A DNA stretch of 63,998 bases, filler included, from Octopus bimaculoides (lineage: Eukaryota), in assembly GCF_001194135.2 (NCBI RefSeq). It is 7 parts of 6 records of this genome, joined end to end, with 100 filler letters (N's around TTAATTAATTAA, not from the genome) between each part and the next. Parts side by side here need not be neighbours in the genome. Positions count along the whole stretch, not along the records: positions 44,456 to 56,745 come from NC_068992.1; positions 56,846 to 61,377 come from NC_068994.1; positions 61,478 to 62,688 come from NW_026353638.1; 4 more parts are not named here. One strand, written 5' to 3'. How positions within the stretch are numbered: the first letter of the stretch is position 1; each line of letters begins with the position of its first letter. This document shows positions 50,209 to 62,688 of this stretch, piece after piece. Below the pieces are notes generated by a model, which saw only the letters and a list, made by a program, of their open reading frames with translations, did no database searches and was not told the origin of the DNA. The position numbers were made by a program, and so were the translations under genes.

Positions 50209-52511
50209 TGTAGTGAAACCTCTCTCTCTCTCGGGCATTCAATCATAAATGATAACGAAGCTGCTAACATCTAGCCTTCGGTTGCCTTGGACCCTTCTAT
50301 CCACTATCCTGATTGGTTCTTATTTTGCGCGGCAATTGTCCCCATGTTCTGCTTGCTAAGGGGGCATTTACGTCCAATCGTGGCTTCAAATAAAGTCACG
50401 TGATAGAGAGTTTTACTGGGTTTCCGGTGAGCCCTTTTTTCGCCTATAAATAAGCCCGATCCAACGACGGCAATCGTCTTCGATTCTAGATCTCTCACAG
50501 GTCTGGTCGTTGACCACATACGTCTTCAATTTCATATCTCTCACAGGTCTGGTCGCTGACCACACACGTACAGAACACAGCTACAGCCAGTTCCAGCGCC
50601 GACGTCTTCACGACCAATGTACTGTCTACCATTGTCGTCGCCAGCAACACCAACATCAACAAGAGCGGCTTTATCTCGACGCTGTTGAGTGGATTGTTTC
50701 CACTCACGAATAACAGTCAGAACTAACCAGCCAGAATATACTATACCAGGTAACACAGGTCACAGCATTCGACGCTCAACACACATAGTGTGATACTACA
50801 GCTCTGCTCCTTGACCACAACTTCATGCGTATGAACATTCTAAATCTTGTGTAACTCTAATACGAACTGGTATTTCTCTATCTCAGTATTTTAAGACTTT
50901 TTACTGTCTATGTTACAGACACTCTTTCTATGTTCTGTGTTTCCTCTCATTCACACGCACACTTGTACACTCACATATTGTATACACACTATTGCTTATA
51001 TGACTGTCCGTCACTTCACATTGTTGTATACCTTCTCTTGTATCAGAAGGCCTGGTTTATCTACTGTGTTATTATATATGTCACATGCACGCGCACACAG
51101 ACACAAACAGTTTCACTTTGTTAATAAATTTATTCTCATTATATATCTAACGGTTGAGTTAGTCATAAGTTTCTTTACTGGCACTTGGCTCGTGTCTCTT
51201 CACGACGAGCCTTCCAACTTATATATGTAGTGAAACTACCTATCGTCACTAGATACAAAACTACTATCGCCATTACATACAATCTTCTCATTTAAATATA
51301 AATAAATGCGAGCGTAGTAGAGAACCCATTCCTTGTCATCACGTGACTGATCATTATTCGAATCGGCAACTTCTTCGAACCGTTCCCGCCAGAACGCAAA
51401 CTGACCAATCACGGCCCCTAATAAGGTCACGTGATAGAGTATATTTCTACCATCTGGTGAGCCAATAGTTTGTTATAAATAGCTTTAACTCNNNNNNNNN
51501 NNNNNNNNNNNNNNNNNNNNNNNNNNNNNNNNNNNNNNNNNNNNNNNNNNNNNNNNNNNNNNNNNNNNNNNNNNNNNNNNNNNNNNNNNNNNNNNNNNNN
51601 NNNNNNNNNNNNNNNNNNNNNNNNNNNNNNNNNNNNNNNNNNNNNNNNNNNNNNNNNNNNNNNNNNNNNNNNNNNNNNNNNNNNNNNNNNNNNNNNNNNN
51701 NNNNNNNNNNNNNNNNNNNNNNNNNNNNNNNNNNNNNNNNNNNNNNNNNNNNNNNNNNNNNNNNNNNNNNNNNNNNNNNNNNNNNNNNNNNNNNNNNNNN
51801 NNNNNNNNNNNNNNNNNNNNNNNNNNNNNNNNNNNNNNNNNNNNNNNNNNNNNNNNNNNNNNNNNNNNNNNNNNNNNNNNNNNNNNNNNNNNNNNNNNNN
51901 NNNNNNNNNNNNNNNNNNNNNNNNNNNNNNNNNNNNNNNNNNNNNNNNNNNNNNNNNNNNNNNNNNNNNNNNNNNNNNNNNNNNNNNNNNNNNNNNNNNN
52001 NNNNNNNNNNNNNNNNNNNNNNNNNNNNNNNNNNNNNNNNNNNNNNNNNNNNNNNNNNNNNNNNNNNNNNNNNNNNTGTTCACGTGTTATTGACTCTCTT
52101 TCTATCTGCTGTAAACATTCATACATGTATCACTCACATACACACTTTTCTTTGTATGACGGCCTGTCTTTGATTATGTTCTTATATGTCGCATTCACAC
52201 TCTCACACAGACATACATCTTTAACGCTATAATAAATATCTCTGTTATTCATCTAATACGGTTGTGGTCTTTCATTACTGGTCATCTATGTTATCGTCGC
52301 ATGACATATCATCTATATCATCATTTGATATATATTTGTATGTTCGACCGTGTGACACGTTTAAATAAAAGGAGTCCTCTATTTTTCCATTCGTCACCAT
52401 ATCTCCTTTTTGAGTTCGCACGGTCGTCTCTTACATATATATCTTGTTTTGTGTTCGACCGTGCGATATGGTAAAAAGGAGCCTTTACCGTCTACGTCGC
52501 CATCTCCTTCA
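50209..52511 (+). mobile_element. Related solo LTR (C) interrupted by LTR A
   Basis: Starts tgtagtgaaa, TATAAATA at 50445, AATAAA at 51123. Segment 52440-52511 resembles the LTR A 3' end and ends ...ccttca. Confidence 0.6.
51226..52435 (+). mobile_element. Solo LTR (A), TGTA...TACA termini, 4-bp TSD tata
   Basis: tata at 51222-51225 and 52436-52439; CCAAT, gtcacgtgat, TATAAAT (51474) and AATAAA (52231). Confidence 0.8.
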
Positions 52512-52964
52512 ATAAGTTAAAAAAAGCTTCATGCTATCAAATGAGATATTCGAGACTTTTTACGTTAATAAACATCAAAAAAGATTAACTTGCTGCAACT
52601 TCTGCGCATACTAAAAGCTTTTTGTGGAAAACTAGAAACAGCTTTTTTCGATTGCTTGCTGTCTGGGCTAACTGAGCTTTTAAAAATATGCGGTTTGTTA
52701 AAGGATTAAGATTTTAATTCACATGGTGTCTATATCATTCAACTATATATGAATAATTATATATTTCACTGTGCATATATATGTTGTGGCGAGGATACGT
52801 ATAGCGATTTCTTTGCTACTTAAAAGTATAGCTTTCATATGATTCCTTTGCTAATTTTCAAGATTAGGCGGGTCCTTCTACATGTTTTCCAGTGAGAACT
52901 TTTCGGTACAGTCCGTCCCTGCCTGTACGCATTTAGTATCACTATGGAGATTAGGTGTGTTGGC

Positions 52965-53341
52965 GCAATTACTTCCTCTGACGGCGGTTGCCTAATTAGT
53001 TGGACAATAGAGGGCATATGCAACACTAAGGTTCAGAGACTCACCTCTTCCTCTTTTGGCATTTTGACGTCGTAGAGCAAAGACGCGATCTAGTTGGCTC
53101 TCTCACACCACACGCCAACCAGCAAACAGGAGGCAACACACAGGAGATCATGGCCTCCACGTATCAAACCATTTCCATTTATCATTCAGCTTGTATATAT
53201 ACGCGTGGCCGGCATTAAATACATTTAAAGTTACAGCCTTATTTTATATATATGTTCTTTATACCATGTTTCTTTCAAATGATATTACAGCCTTAGATGG
53301 CTCCACAACCATGATACAAACAGACCACTACACCATCTAAA
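52965..53341 (-). repeat. Right arm of the ~400-bp inverted repeat
   Basis: Reverse complement of 48621-49020, roughly 80% identical by eye. Confidence 0.85.
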
Positions 53342-53595
53342 GGTATTATGAAGGCCATTTTGGCAGCTTCGACTGAGGATCGATTACAAAAAGACGAGAT
53401 GGTCACAGCTGGAACCTATTTGAGCAGCAATAACAGCAGCAGCAGCAGCAATAGTAACAGAATGATTTTGGTTTCGACCTCTCCTTGAATTGCGAATAAT
53501 TTCAATGAAGTAGAAACAACTTGTCTAGGTAGCCATGATTAGCAATAGAGAAAGAGAATCTAAAATTTCTTTTGTTTAAAGCACAGACACACACG

Positions 53596-53711
<116 letters not shown>

Positions 53712-53880
53712 AAATATTTATGTAATTCTTTATTCTCTATTACTGGTTCCAGCCAGTGGTGGGTGGCCACGCTGATGCACTGCCATCAAATAAGCCATAC
53801 AACAGCCGGGAATTATATATTATTCATACAATATATTATCTCCACATCTCCCTGTCTGTCTGTTCATCTCCCTCTCTGTT

Positions 53881-53929
<49 letters not shown>

Positions 53930-55206
53930 CATTTGCTGTTCTCCGAAGTTTTTGTTACGGCCATATTTTCACTTTCACATTTACCGATCTGAACAGTTTC
54001 TTGGAGTTTTCCCAGTTCCTTTATAACTACGAATGCTTTGATGTCTTCATTTATTATCATTATATTGTTGTGAGTTCAAATCCCACCGAAGTCAACTTTG
54101 CTTTTTATCCTTCAAGAGTCAGTAAAATAAAATAACAGTCCAGTACTAGGATCGATGTATTCGACTAACCCCTCCCCTCAAAAATTGCCGCTAGCCTTGT
54201 GCCTAGATTAGAAAGCATTGTTACGTTGATGGTAAGTACCATGTCGGCCCTGATTAAGCAGACCTATGATCAAACACATTCCAGTTGTGACCATCACTTC
54301 TTACCGTTTATGAAGAATTACATTGCTAAAAGCAGTTCTTCTCGTGCTAGTATAGTAGGAGAGAAAGGGTCTGACTTAGTGGTTAGGAGTATTCGGTTTA
54401 CGATCGTAAGGTCATGAGTTCGATTCCCGGAGGCACGCTGTATACTTGAGCAAGACACTTTATTTCACGCTGCTCCAGTCCATTCAGCTAACAAAAATGA
54501 GTCGTACCAGTAATTCAAAGGGTCAGCCGTGTCACATTCTGTGTCACATTGAATCTTCCTGAGAACTACCCACGTTAAGGTTAGGCATCTCTGCGGAGTG
54601 CTCAGCCACTTGCACGTTCATTTCACGAGCAGGCTGTTCTGTTGGTCGGATCAACTGGAACTCTTGTCGTCACCGACGGAGTACCACTTAGTTAATGCGG
54701 TAGAGTGTGATATGAGGGTGAGTTGGGCACTATTTCTAGAAGGTTGATTGGCCTTATAGAGTTCCCACTCCATCGTCTATATTTATGCAGAGCATTCTTG
54801 CTCTATTTTCCATGGATATCTCTGTAAAAATGGTTGTCATTCACCAAATTTCGCTCAAAAGTTTCCACCTTCGTCTCTGATTTACTTTATAATGTGGTTT
54901 CGTACTTTTCTGCAACATATCTTCGTCTTTCCTCCAATATTTTATTTTTGTTTGAAGACGGCGAATTGGCAGAATCGGTAGCGCACTGGACACAATGTTT
55001 AGCAGCATTTCGTCCGTGTCTACGGTCCGAGTTCAAATTCCGCCGAGGTCGACTTTGCTTTTCATCCTTTCTGGTCGATAAAATATGTACCAGTGAAACA
55101 CTGAAGTTGTTGTAATCAACTTATCTCCTCCTCCAAAATGTCAGGCTTTGTGCCTTTAGTAGAAAGAATTATTATTATTATTATCATCATCATTATTATT
55201 ATCATT

Positions 55207-56049
55207 GGATCTATTTTAAAACGGGGGCCACAGTTTTCATTAATGTTTACGTAGTGTTTTTGGTACCGAAAGACTTTCAAACTTCGTATACTTATCTATT
55301 TGGATCTTTTTTAAAACGGGGGCCACATTTTTCATTAACGAAACACTTTGAAACTTGGAACACTGGTATAATGTGTCATATAAAACATCTTTTTCTCTTA
55401 GTCTTCTTTAAAAAAAAAAGAAATCCATAAGTTATTCCATNNNNNNNNNNNNNNNNNNNNNNNNNNNNNNNNNNNNNNNNNNNNNNNNNNNNNNNNNNNN
55501 NNNNNNNNNNNNNNNNNNNNNNNNNNNNNNNNNNNNNNNNNNNNNNNNNNNNNNNNNNNNNNNNNNNNNNNNNNNNNNNNNNNNNNNNNNNNNNNNNNNN
55601 NNNNNNNNNNNNNNNNNNNNNNNNNNNNNNNNNNNNNNNNNNNNNNNNNNNNNNNNNNNNNNNNNNNNNNNNNNNNNNNNNNNNNNNNNNNNNNNNNNNN
55701 NNNNNNNNNNNNNNNNNNNNNNNNNNNNNNNNNNNNNNNNNNNNNNNNNNNNNNNNNNNNNNNNNNNNNNNNNNNNNNNNNNNNNNNNNNNNNNNNNNNN
55801 NNNNNNNNNNNNNNNNNNNNNNNNNNNNNNNNNNNNNNNNNNNNNNNNNNNNNNNNNNNNNNNNNNNNNNNNNNNNNNNNNNNNNNNNNNNNNNNNNNNN
55901 NNNNNNNNNNNNNNNNNNNNNNNNNNNNNNNNNNNNNNNNNNNNNNNNNNNNNNNNNNNNNNNNNNNNNNNNNNNNNNNNNNNNCAGTGTTCCAAGTTTC
56001 AAAGTGTTTCGTTAAGAAAATACTGTGGCCCCCGTTTTAAAATAGATCC
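55207..56049. mobile_element. GGATC-TIR MITE with a second copy nested in inverted orientation from 55302
   Basis: Outer TIRs ggatctattttaaaacgggggccacag / ctgtggcccccgttttaaaatagatcc, TSD ttatcatt/ttattatt. The inner copy starts with the reverse complement of the family right end. Confidence 0.85.
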
Positions 56050-56100
<51 letters not shown>

Positions 56101-56103
<3 letters not shown>

Positions 56104-56502
56104 GTTTCCTTTCAATATAACTTTATTTCAGCTGCCTTAGTACCGGGCATCTTCCGGAGGCCAAGAGTAGCAAGGACACTTTTGTTTTGCTATGCATGCT
56201 ACAATTATCACTACATTTATTCCATTTTAGATGGAGAGTGCTTTCCGTAGTATATGGATTGTACCCATCTAGGTTATCTTTCGTAGTTCAAGGAGATTGG
56301 AGTTACCAGGGAGTTGCTTAATATACTTCTTAGCTCCCTTCTTTATCATTCTCGATGCACCAATTACTACTGGTATTATCGTAGTACTAAGTTTCCACAT
56401 TTTTGTGATTTCAATTTGCAGATCTTTATAGTGAGAAAGCTTTTCGTATTTCTTTCTTGAGACATTTTGATCTTGTGGAGCAGACATATCTATTAACAGA
56501 CA

Positions 56503-56504
<2 letters not shown>
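56101..56504 (-). mobile_element. R4/Dong-like RLE-type LINE 3' fragment within (TTA)n
   Basis: CLLIDMSAPQD..KYEKLSHYKDLQIEI..IIPVVIGA; (TTA)n on both sides. Confidence 0.85.
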
Positions 56505-56555
<51 letters not shown>

Positions 56556-56845
56556 GTCAAGACGAAGAGCGCGATTCGATTGTATAAATGTTTTATTCGT
56601 TGGTGATTAAAAATTCAAAATTTCAGAAACCTAAACGTAAACTATGAACGAGAGTAACCAGCGTCCATACGTTGATGGAATGACATCATCAGTTTTTAAG
56701 TTTTATAACAGGCAGAAAGAAAGAAAAAATCGAAAAAGGAAGACGNNNNNNNNNNNNNNNNNNNNNNNNNNNNNNNNNNNNNNNNNNNNTTAATTAATTA
56801 ANNNNNNNNNNNNNNNNNNNNNNNNNNNNNNNNNNNNNNNNNNNN

Positions 56846-56897
<52 letters not shown>

Positions 56898-56901
<4 letters not shown>

Positions 56902-59560
56902 GTTTTGTACCTGGGAAGAGTACCACAGATGCCATCTTCCTAGTGAGACAGCTGCAGGAAAACTACTTGGTCAACAGTAACCCATTGTACTTAGCCTTTG
57001 TCAACCTGGAGAAAGCTTTCAACAAAGTTCCCTGCTCTGTTATATGGTAGTCTCTAAAGAAGCTAGGAGTAGAGGAGTGGCTTGTTAGAGTTGTACAAGT
57101 CATGTAGAGTGGTGCTGTGAGTAAAGTAAGAGCTGGCCATGAATGCAGTGATGAATTTAGCATACAGGTAGGGGTTCACCAGGGCTCAGTTTGCAGCCCA
57201 CTCTCATTCAATATAGACCTCCAGGCCATAACAGGAATTCAAAAGCAGGTGCCCATGGGAACTGCCATATGCTGATGACTTTGTTCTTATTGCAGAATCT
57301 TTAGCAGAATTGGAGAAGAAATTCCAGGTATTGAAACAAAACCTGGAAGCAAAGGACGTTAAAGTTAACCTAGCTACGACCAAAGTTGTTGTTAGTAAAA
57401 AAGAAGATAAAACTCTCTTTCTGTCAGGTAAATGGCCCTGCTCAATATGTAGAAAATGAGTTGGAAGAAATTCCATTTGCTGCACCCAGTGTAAACTATG
57501 GACACATAAGAGGTGCAGTGCAATCACAAGTAAATTAACAGATAAAGTTGTCTTTGTATGTGGCAGATGTGCAGCAACAATATGCACTAAGAGCACACAG
57601 GACTTAGACTCTCTCAAATTAGCAATGGTGGAGGATGTTCTGAAAGTATTGTTTCTAGAATAAGAATTGGGTGGAGGAAGTTCAGAGAGCTATTACCTCT
57701 CACCTCTGTTAGCAACAAAAGGTCTCTCTCTCAGAGTGAAAGGTAGACTATATGATACCTGTGTGTGAACGGCTATACTCCATGGTAGTGAGACATGGGC
57801 TCTAAATGCAGAAGAAATGTGTAGACTGGAGAGAAATGAAAGTAGCATGCTCCATTGGATGTGCAACATCAGTGCACATGTATGGCAAAGTGCAAATGTG
57901 TTGAGANNNNNNNNNNAAGGTAGACTATATGATACCTGTGTGTGAACGGCTATACTCCATGGTAGTGAGACATGGGCTCTAAATGCAGAAGAAATGTGTA
58001 GACTGGAGAGAAATGAAAGTAGCATGCTCCATTGGATGTGCAACATCAGTGCACATGTATGGCAAAGTGCAAATGTGTTGAGAGAAAAGTTGGGCATAAG
58101 AGGAATCAAATGTAGCATGCAAGAGAGAAGGCTACGTTGGTTTGGACATGTGATGCATATGAATGAGGACAGCTGCATAAAGAAGTGCTGATCACTGAAA
58201 TTGGATGGTGCCCATGGAAGAGGGAGACCCAGTACGACGTGGGATGAAGTGGTAAGGACTGATCTCAGAATGTTGGGCCTCACAGAGGAAATGACAATAA
58301 CAGAGATGTCTGGTGATATGAAGTTCTAGAGAAGACCTGCCCCACATTGGCAAAACTGAGTTCTAGAAGCACTGTGTGTCCCACCCATGCTTAATAAGAA
58401 AACTTCTCACACACACTACCACAACAAACCAAACTCCATCTCGTCTCTTCCTCACATTTCCGCTTCATGCACTATGCTTACCTCCCACTCCCCAATTCTG
58501 ACTTCTTGGCCTTGTACTACTGTATCATTGCTCTCCGCTAGCCCTCAACCTGTGTGTTCGATCCACACATTCTGTCTCACTGTATTATTGCTATCTGCTA
58601 GCCCCTGACCTGTGTGTTGAACCCACACATAACATGAAACTTTTCACTCACCCTATCTCAACAAACCAACCTATATCTCCACATCTCTTCCTCACATTTC
58701 CTCCTTCATACACTAGTTCTCACTCCCCAATCCTATTCTCACGGCCCTGTTCCTCTGTATCATTGCTATCCTGTAGCTCCACTGACTCTAAATACTCAGG
58801 TTTTCACCACTCACTCCCACTTCCGTGCTCTTTAATCACACTTTCTTTGAAATATCCTGCCATTTATATTATGGTATGCCATGGCACTTGCCACCATCTA
58901 TCTCTCTCTCTCTCTCTTCCTTTACTCAACCATCCCATTTATATTTTGATCTCCATCCCTTGTAGCATTTCACCACCATCTCTATCCTGCTGTCCCCACA
59001 CTCTCTCTCTTTCTCTCCTCCTGCTCTTCTCTCAGGTTAGGTAACCATGTTTTTCCTTTGCAGTAGTGCACCTGTTTCTTTCTTCATTCGTGATCTCTCT
59101 TGCTCTCTCTCTCTCCAACTAGGTAACCTTGTGCCTCCTCTACGGCAAGACACCTGTTTCTGTTACTCTGCCTTACTATAACCTTTCATCATCCAACACA
59201 AGAGCACCTCTTCCAATGCCTGCTCGCCTCTCAAAAGAGGTTTTTTCTTTTGTGTCTTGCAAGTATTTGGTGACCCTGTAAGTGCAGATGCCACTTAAAA
59301 GCACTCAGTCCACAGTGGTTGGTGTTCGAAAAGGCATCTAGCTGTAAGACCTTGCCAAAACTGACCTTGCCTGTGCTTGTGCCATGTAAAAAGCACTAAG
59401 TCCCCTCTGTTGAGTGGTTGGTCTTAGGAAGGGCATTCAGCTTTAAAAATCCTGCCAAAACAGTCACAGAAGTCTGGTTTTTGCCTGGCTGGCTCTTGTG
59501 AAACCATTCCACCCATGCTAGCATGGAAGGCAGACATTAAACAATGATGATGATGATGAT
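56898..59560 (+). mobile_element. Decayed RTE-clade LINE (RT, PHD-like finger, C-terminus, long 3' UTR)
   Basis: GFVPGKSTTDAIF, FVNLEKAFNKV, VHQGS, YADD, RRLRWFGHV and GRGRP motifs with stops and frameshifts. Ends in a catgctagcatgga..acattaaacaatgatgatg tail; whether 58330-59560 belongs to the same insertion is inferred. Confidence 0.85.
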
Positions 59561-59913
59561 GATATATATCTGTATCTATATGTGTGTATATATATATATA
59601 TATATGTATGATTATATATGTATATATATGCATGTATGTATATATATATATANNNNNNNNNNNNNNNNNNNNNNNNNNNNNNNNNNNNNNNNNNNNNNNN
59701 NNNNNNNNNNNNNNNNNNNNNNNNNNNNNNNNNNNNNNNNNNNNNNNNNNNNNNNNNNNNNNNNNNNNNNNNNNNNNNNNNNNNNNNNNNNNNNNNNNNN
59801 NNNNNNNNNNNNNNNNNNNNNNNNNNNNNNNNNNNNNNNNNNNNNNNNNNNNNNTATATATATATATATATTTATACATGTATATGTGTATAAATATATA
59901 CATATGTATGAAT

Positions 59914-61259
59914 ATAAGAGTGTATAAAGATTTATATACACAGAGAAGGCATTTGACAGGACTTCTCACCAGCTAAAAAGTCCAGTTAAACCCAAACCAT
60001 GAATAAAATCATTCTTAACGCATGCTGTTAATGGCACTAGAATTAATAAAACAAAAAATTAGTTAATCCTGTACTCAAGTTTCCCAATTAATGACCAAAT
60101 AAATGAATTTGTCATCCGTAGTTCATCTGTGGGATCACTATAGAATACATAATTATGTAGCTTTGATACATGCTGAAATTACGTGCACAAGACAGCTCCT
60201 TCTTTATACATTATGGATTCAAATTTAGTGTGGTAGCATAGTCAAAGGGTCAAGTTGTAAATAAATTTAAACTTTGTACTATATGGCCTCAGAATTGGAA
60301 AATTTTACTGTGTAAATTATGAGAGTAAAAAATTTTAATAATTTATTACCAGTGGTTCGCATGTGTAATAAAAGTCATAAGACATAACATATTTTTATAT
60401 ATCATCCTCATCATCATCATCATTTAACATCCGTTTTTCATACTGGCACAGGTTTGACTAAGGTCTGGAAAGCCAGTGGCTGCACCAGGCTCGTATCTGA
60501 TCAGGCGATGCTTCTACAGCTGGATGCCCTTCCTAATGCCAGCCACTTCGAAAGTGTAGTGGGTGCTTTTTAGGTGCCACCAGCACAGGAGCCAGTCAGG
60601 TGGGCCTGGCATCAATCGCATTCAGATAGTGCTTTTTACATGCCTCCAACACGGGGGCTAGTCAGGGGGTACTGGCATCAACCACGTTTGGATGTTGCTT
60701 TTTACGTGCTGCCAGTCAGGGAGTACTGGCATCGGCCATGTTTGGATGGTGCATTTTACATGCCACCGGCACAGGAGCCAGTGAGTGGGTACAGTCATCG
60801 GCCATGTTTAGATGGTGCTTTTCATGTGCCATCTGCATGGGAGACAGTTAGGGAGTCACTAGCTACAGTGACGATAAGAGTGTATAAAGATTCATACACA
60901 TAGAGAAGACACTTGACAAGACTTCTTATATGATAAAAATGACAGTTAAACCCAAGCCACGGAAGAATCATTCTTAAGTCATGCTGTTAATGGAACTAGA
61001 ATGAATAAAACAAAAAATTAATTAATCCCATACTAGATTTTCTCTACTAATGACCAAATAAATTAATTTGTCATCCGTAGTTCACCTGTGGGATCACTAA
61101 AGAATGCTTAATTATGTAGCTCTAATACTTACCGAATACATATGCACAAAACAACTTTATACATTATGGATTCAAATTTAGTGCACTAGTATATGTATGT
61201 ATAAATAATAAATCATAGGGCAGCAAAAAAATTTTAGAAATTTAATTTACTACCAGTGG
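59914..61259 (+). repeat. Diverged direct repeat pair 59914-60355 / 60874-61259 flanking a family C element
   Basis: Collinear, e.g. taatgaccaaataaat.aatttgtcatccgtagttca.ctgtgggatcacta in both copies. Confidence 0.85.
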
Positions 61260-61329
61260 CATCTCTGTATTTTAATGAATAATGTATGTATAAATATATA
61301 TATGAATGTATGTATAAATATATATATGA

Positions 61330-61377
<48 letters not shown>

Positions 61378-61478
61378 NNNNNNNNNNNNNNNNNNNNNNN
61401 NNNNNNNNNNNNNNNNNNNNNTTAATTAATTAANNNNNNNNNNNNNNNNNNNNNNNNNNNNNNNNNNNNNNNNNNNNA

Positions 61479-62688
61479 AGGGAGATATCAATATTAACTG
61501 AGTTCATCTCTGGAAATGGTGTAAGATCAAGAAAAAGCAGGAAGATTGTGAGAAAATATGGACTCTCAACAAGAGAAGAACTAATGTCAGCGAATGAAAC
61601 ACTTAAACAAAAAGTTCAAGCGAAGGCTCAGAGAATACGCAGATTTGAGAAAAGAATCAGATTCTACAGGCAAAATAAGATGTTCAAATCCAATGCCAAA
61701 TCATTTTACAGGGAAATAGGGAAAGAAAACATAACCATTGAAAATTCACCCCTAATGGAAGAAGTTGAAAACTTTTGGAAAGGGATCTGGAGTGATGAGA
61801 AACCATACAATGAAAACGCAGATTGGATCAAACGCACTCAAGATACCAACAAAAATCTACAAGAACAGGTATGGAAGGCATCTCAATCGCCGACCTAAGG
61901 AGGGCACTAACGAAGGCTCATAAGTGGAAATCCCCTGGTACTGATAGAGTACCAAATTTCTGGCTCTCATCACTCTCGTCCGCACACAAAATGTTAGTAA
62001 TACTATTTAATAGTATTGTGAAAGACCCAGAAAAAACTCCCCATTGGATGGCAAGTGGTATTACTTACCTCCTCCTCAAAAGTAACGAAACCAAGGACCC
62101 AAAAAACTACCGGCCTATAACATGTTTGTCTACTACCTATAAGATTCTGACGTCTATTCTAGTGGAGAAAACATATACGTTTATGGAAGAGAATAACCTC
62201 TTTCCCACTGAACAAAAAGGATGCAGACGAGGCTCATACGGATGCAAAGATCAGCTCCTAATTAATCGCATGATCCTTGAGAACTGCCATAACAAGCGCA
62301 GAAATCTCAGCTCTTCATGGATTGATTATAAAAAAGCCTTTGACAGCATACCACATTCGTGGATTTTGAAATCGCTGGACATTTTCAAAATTTCCCCTGT
62401 GTTTTGAGATTTTTTAAAGTATAATATGTCACTATGGAACACGAAGCTCCAATTATATCATTCTAATGGAGTATTGCGCTCAAATAATATTAGCATAAAC
62501 TGTGGCATCTTCCAAGGTGACTCACTTTCACCACTTATTTTCTGCATAGCACTAATACCACTCTCAAGTGAACTGATTAAAACAGGGTATGGCTACAAAA
62601 TCGACAACAGGAAAATAAGCCATCTATTTTATATGGACGATTTAAAACTATATGGCAAAGATGATGAAGAGCTTGAAGGACTACTACA
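61479..62688 (+). mobile_element. R4/Dong-like LINE reverse transcriptase region (pseudogenised)
   Basis: WKSPGTD, NYRPITCL, EQKGC, IDYKKAFDS, GIFQGDSLSP and HLFYMDDLKL motifs; frameshift near 61877 and TGA at 62405. Confidence 0.92.

Noticed and set aside
57740-58083. 167-bp tandem duplication in the RTE LINE
   Set aside because: Perfect copies separated by 10 Ns; an assembly overlap artefact.
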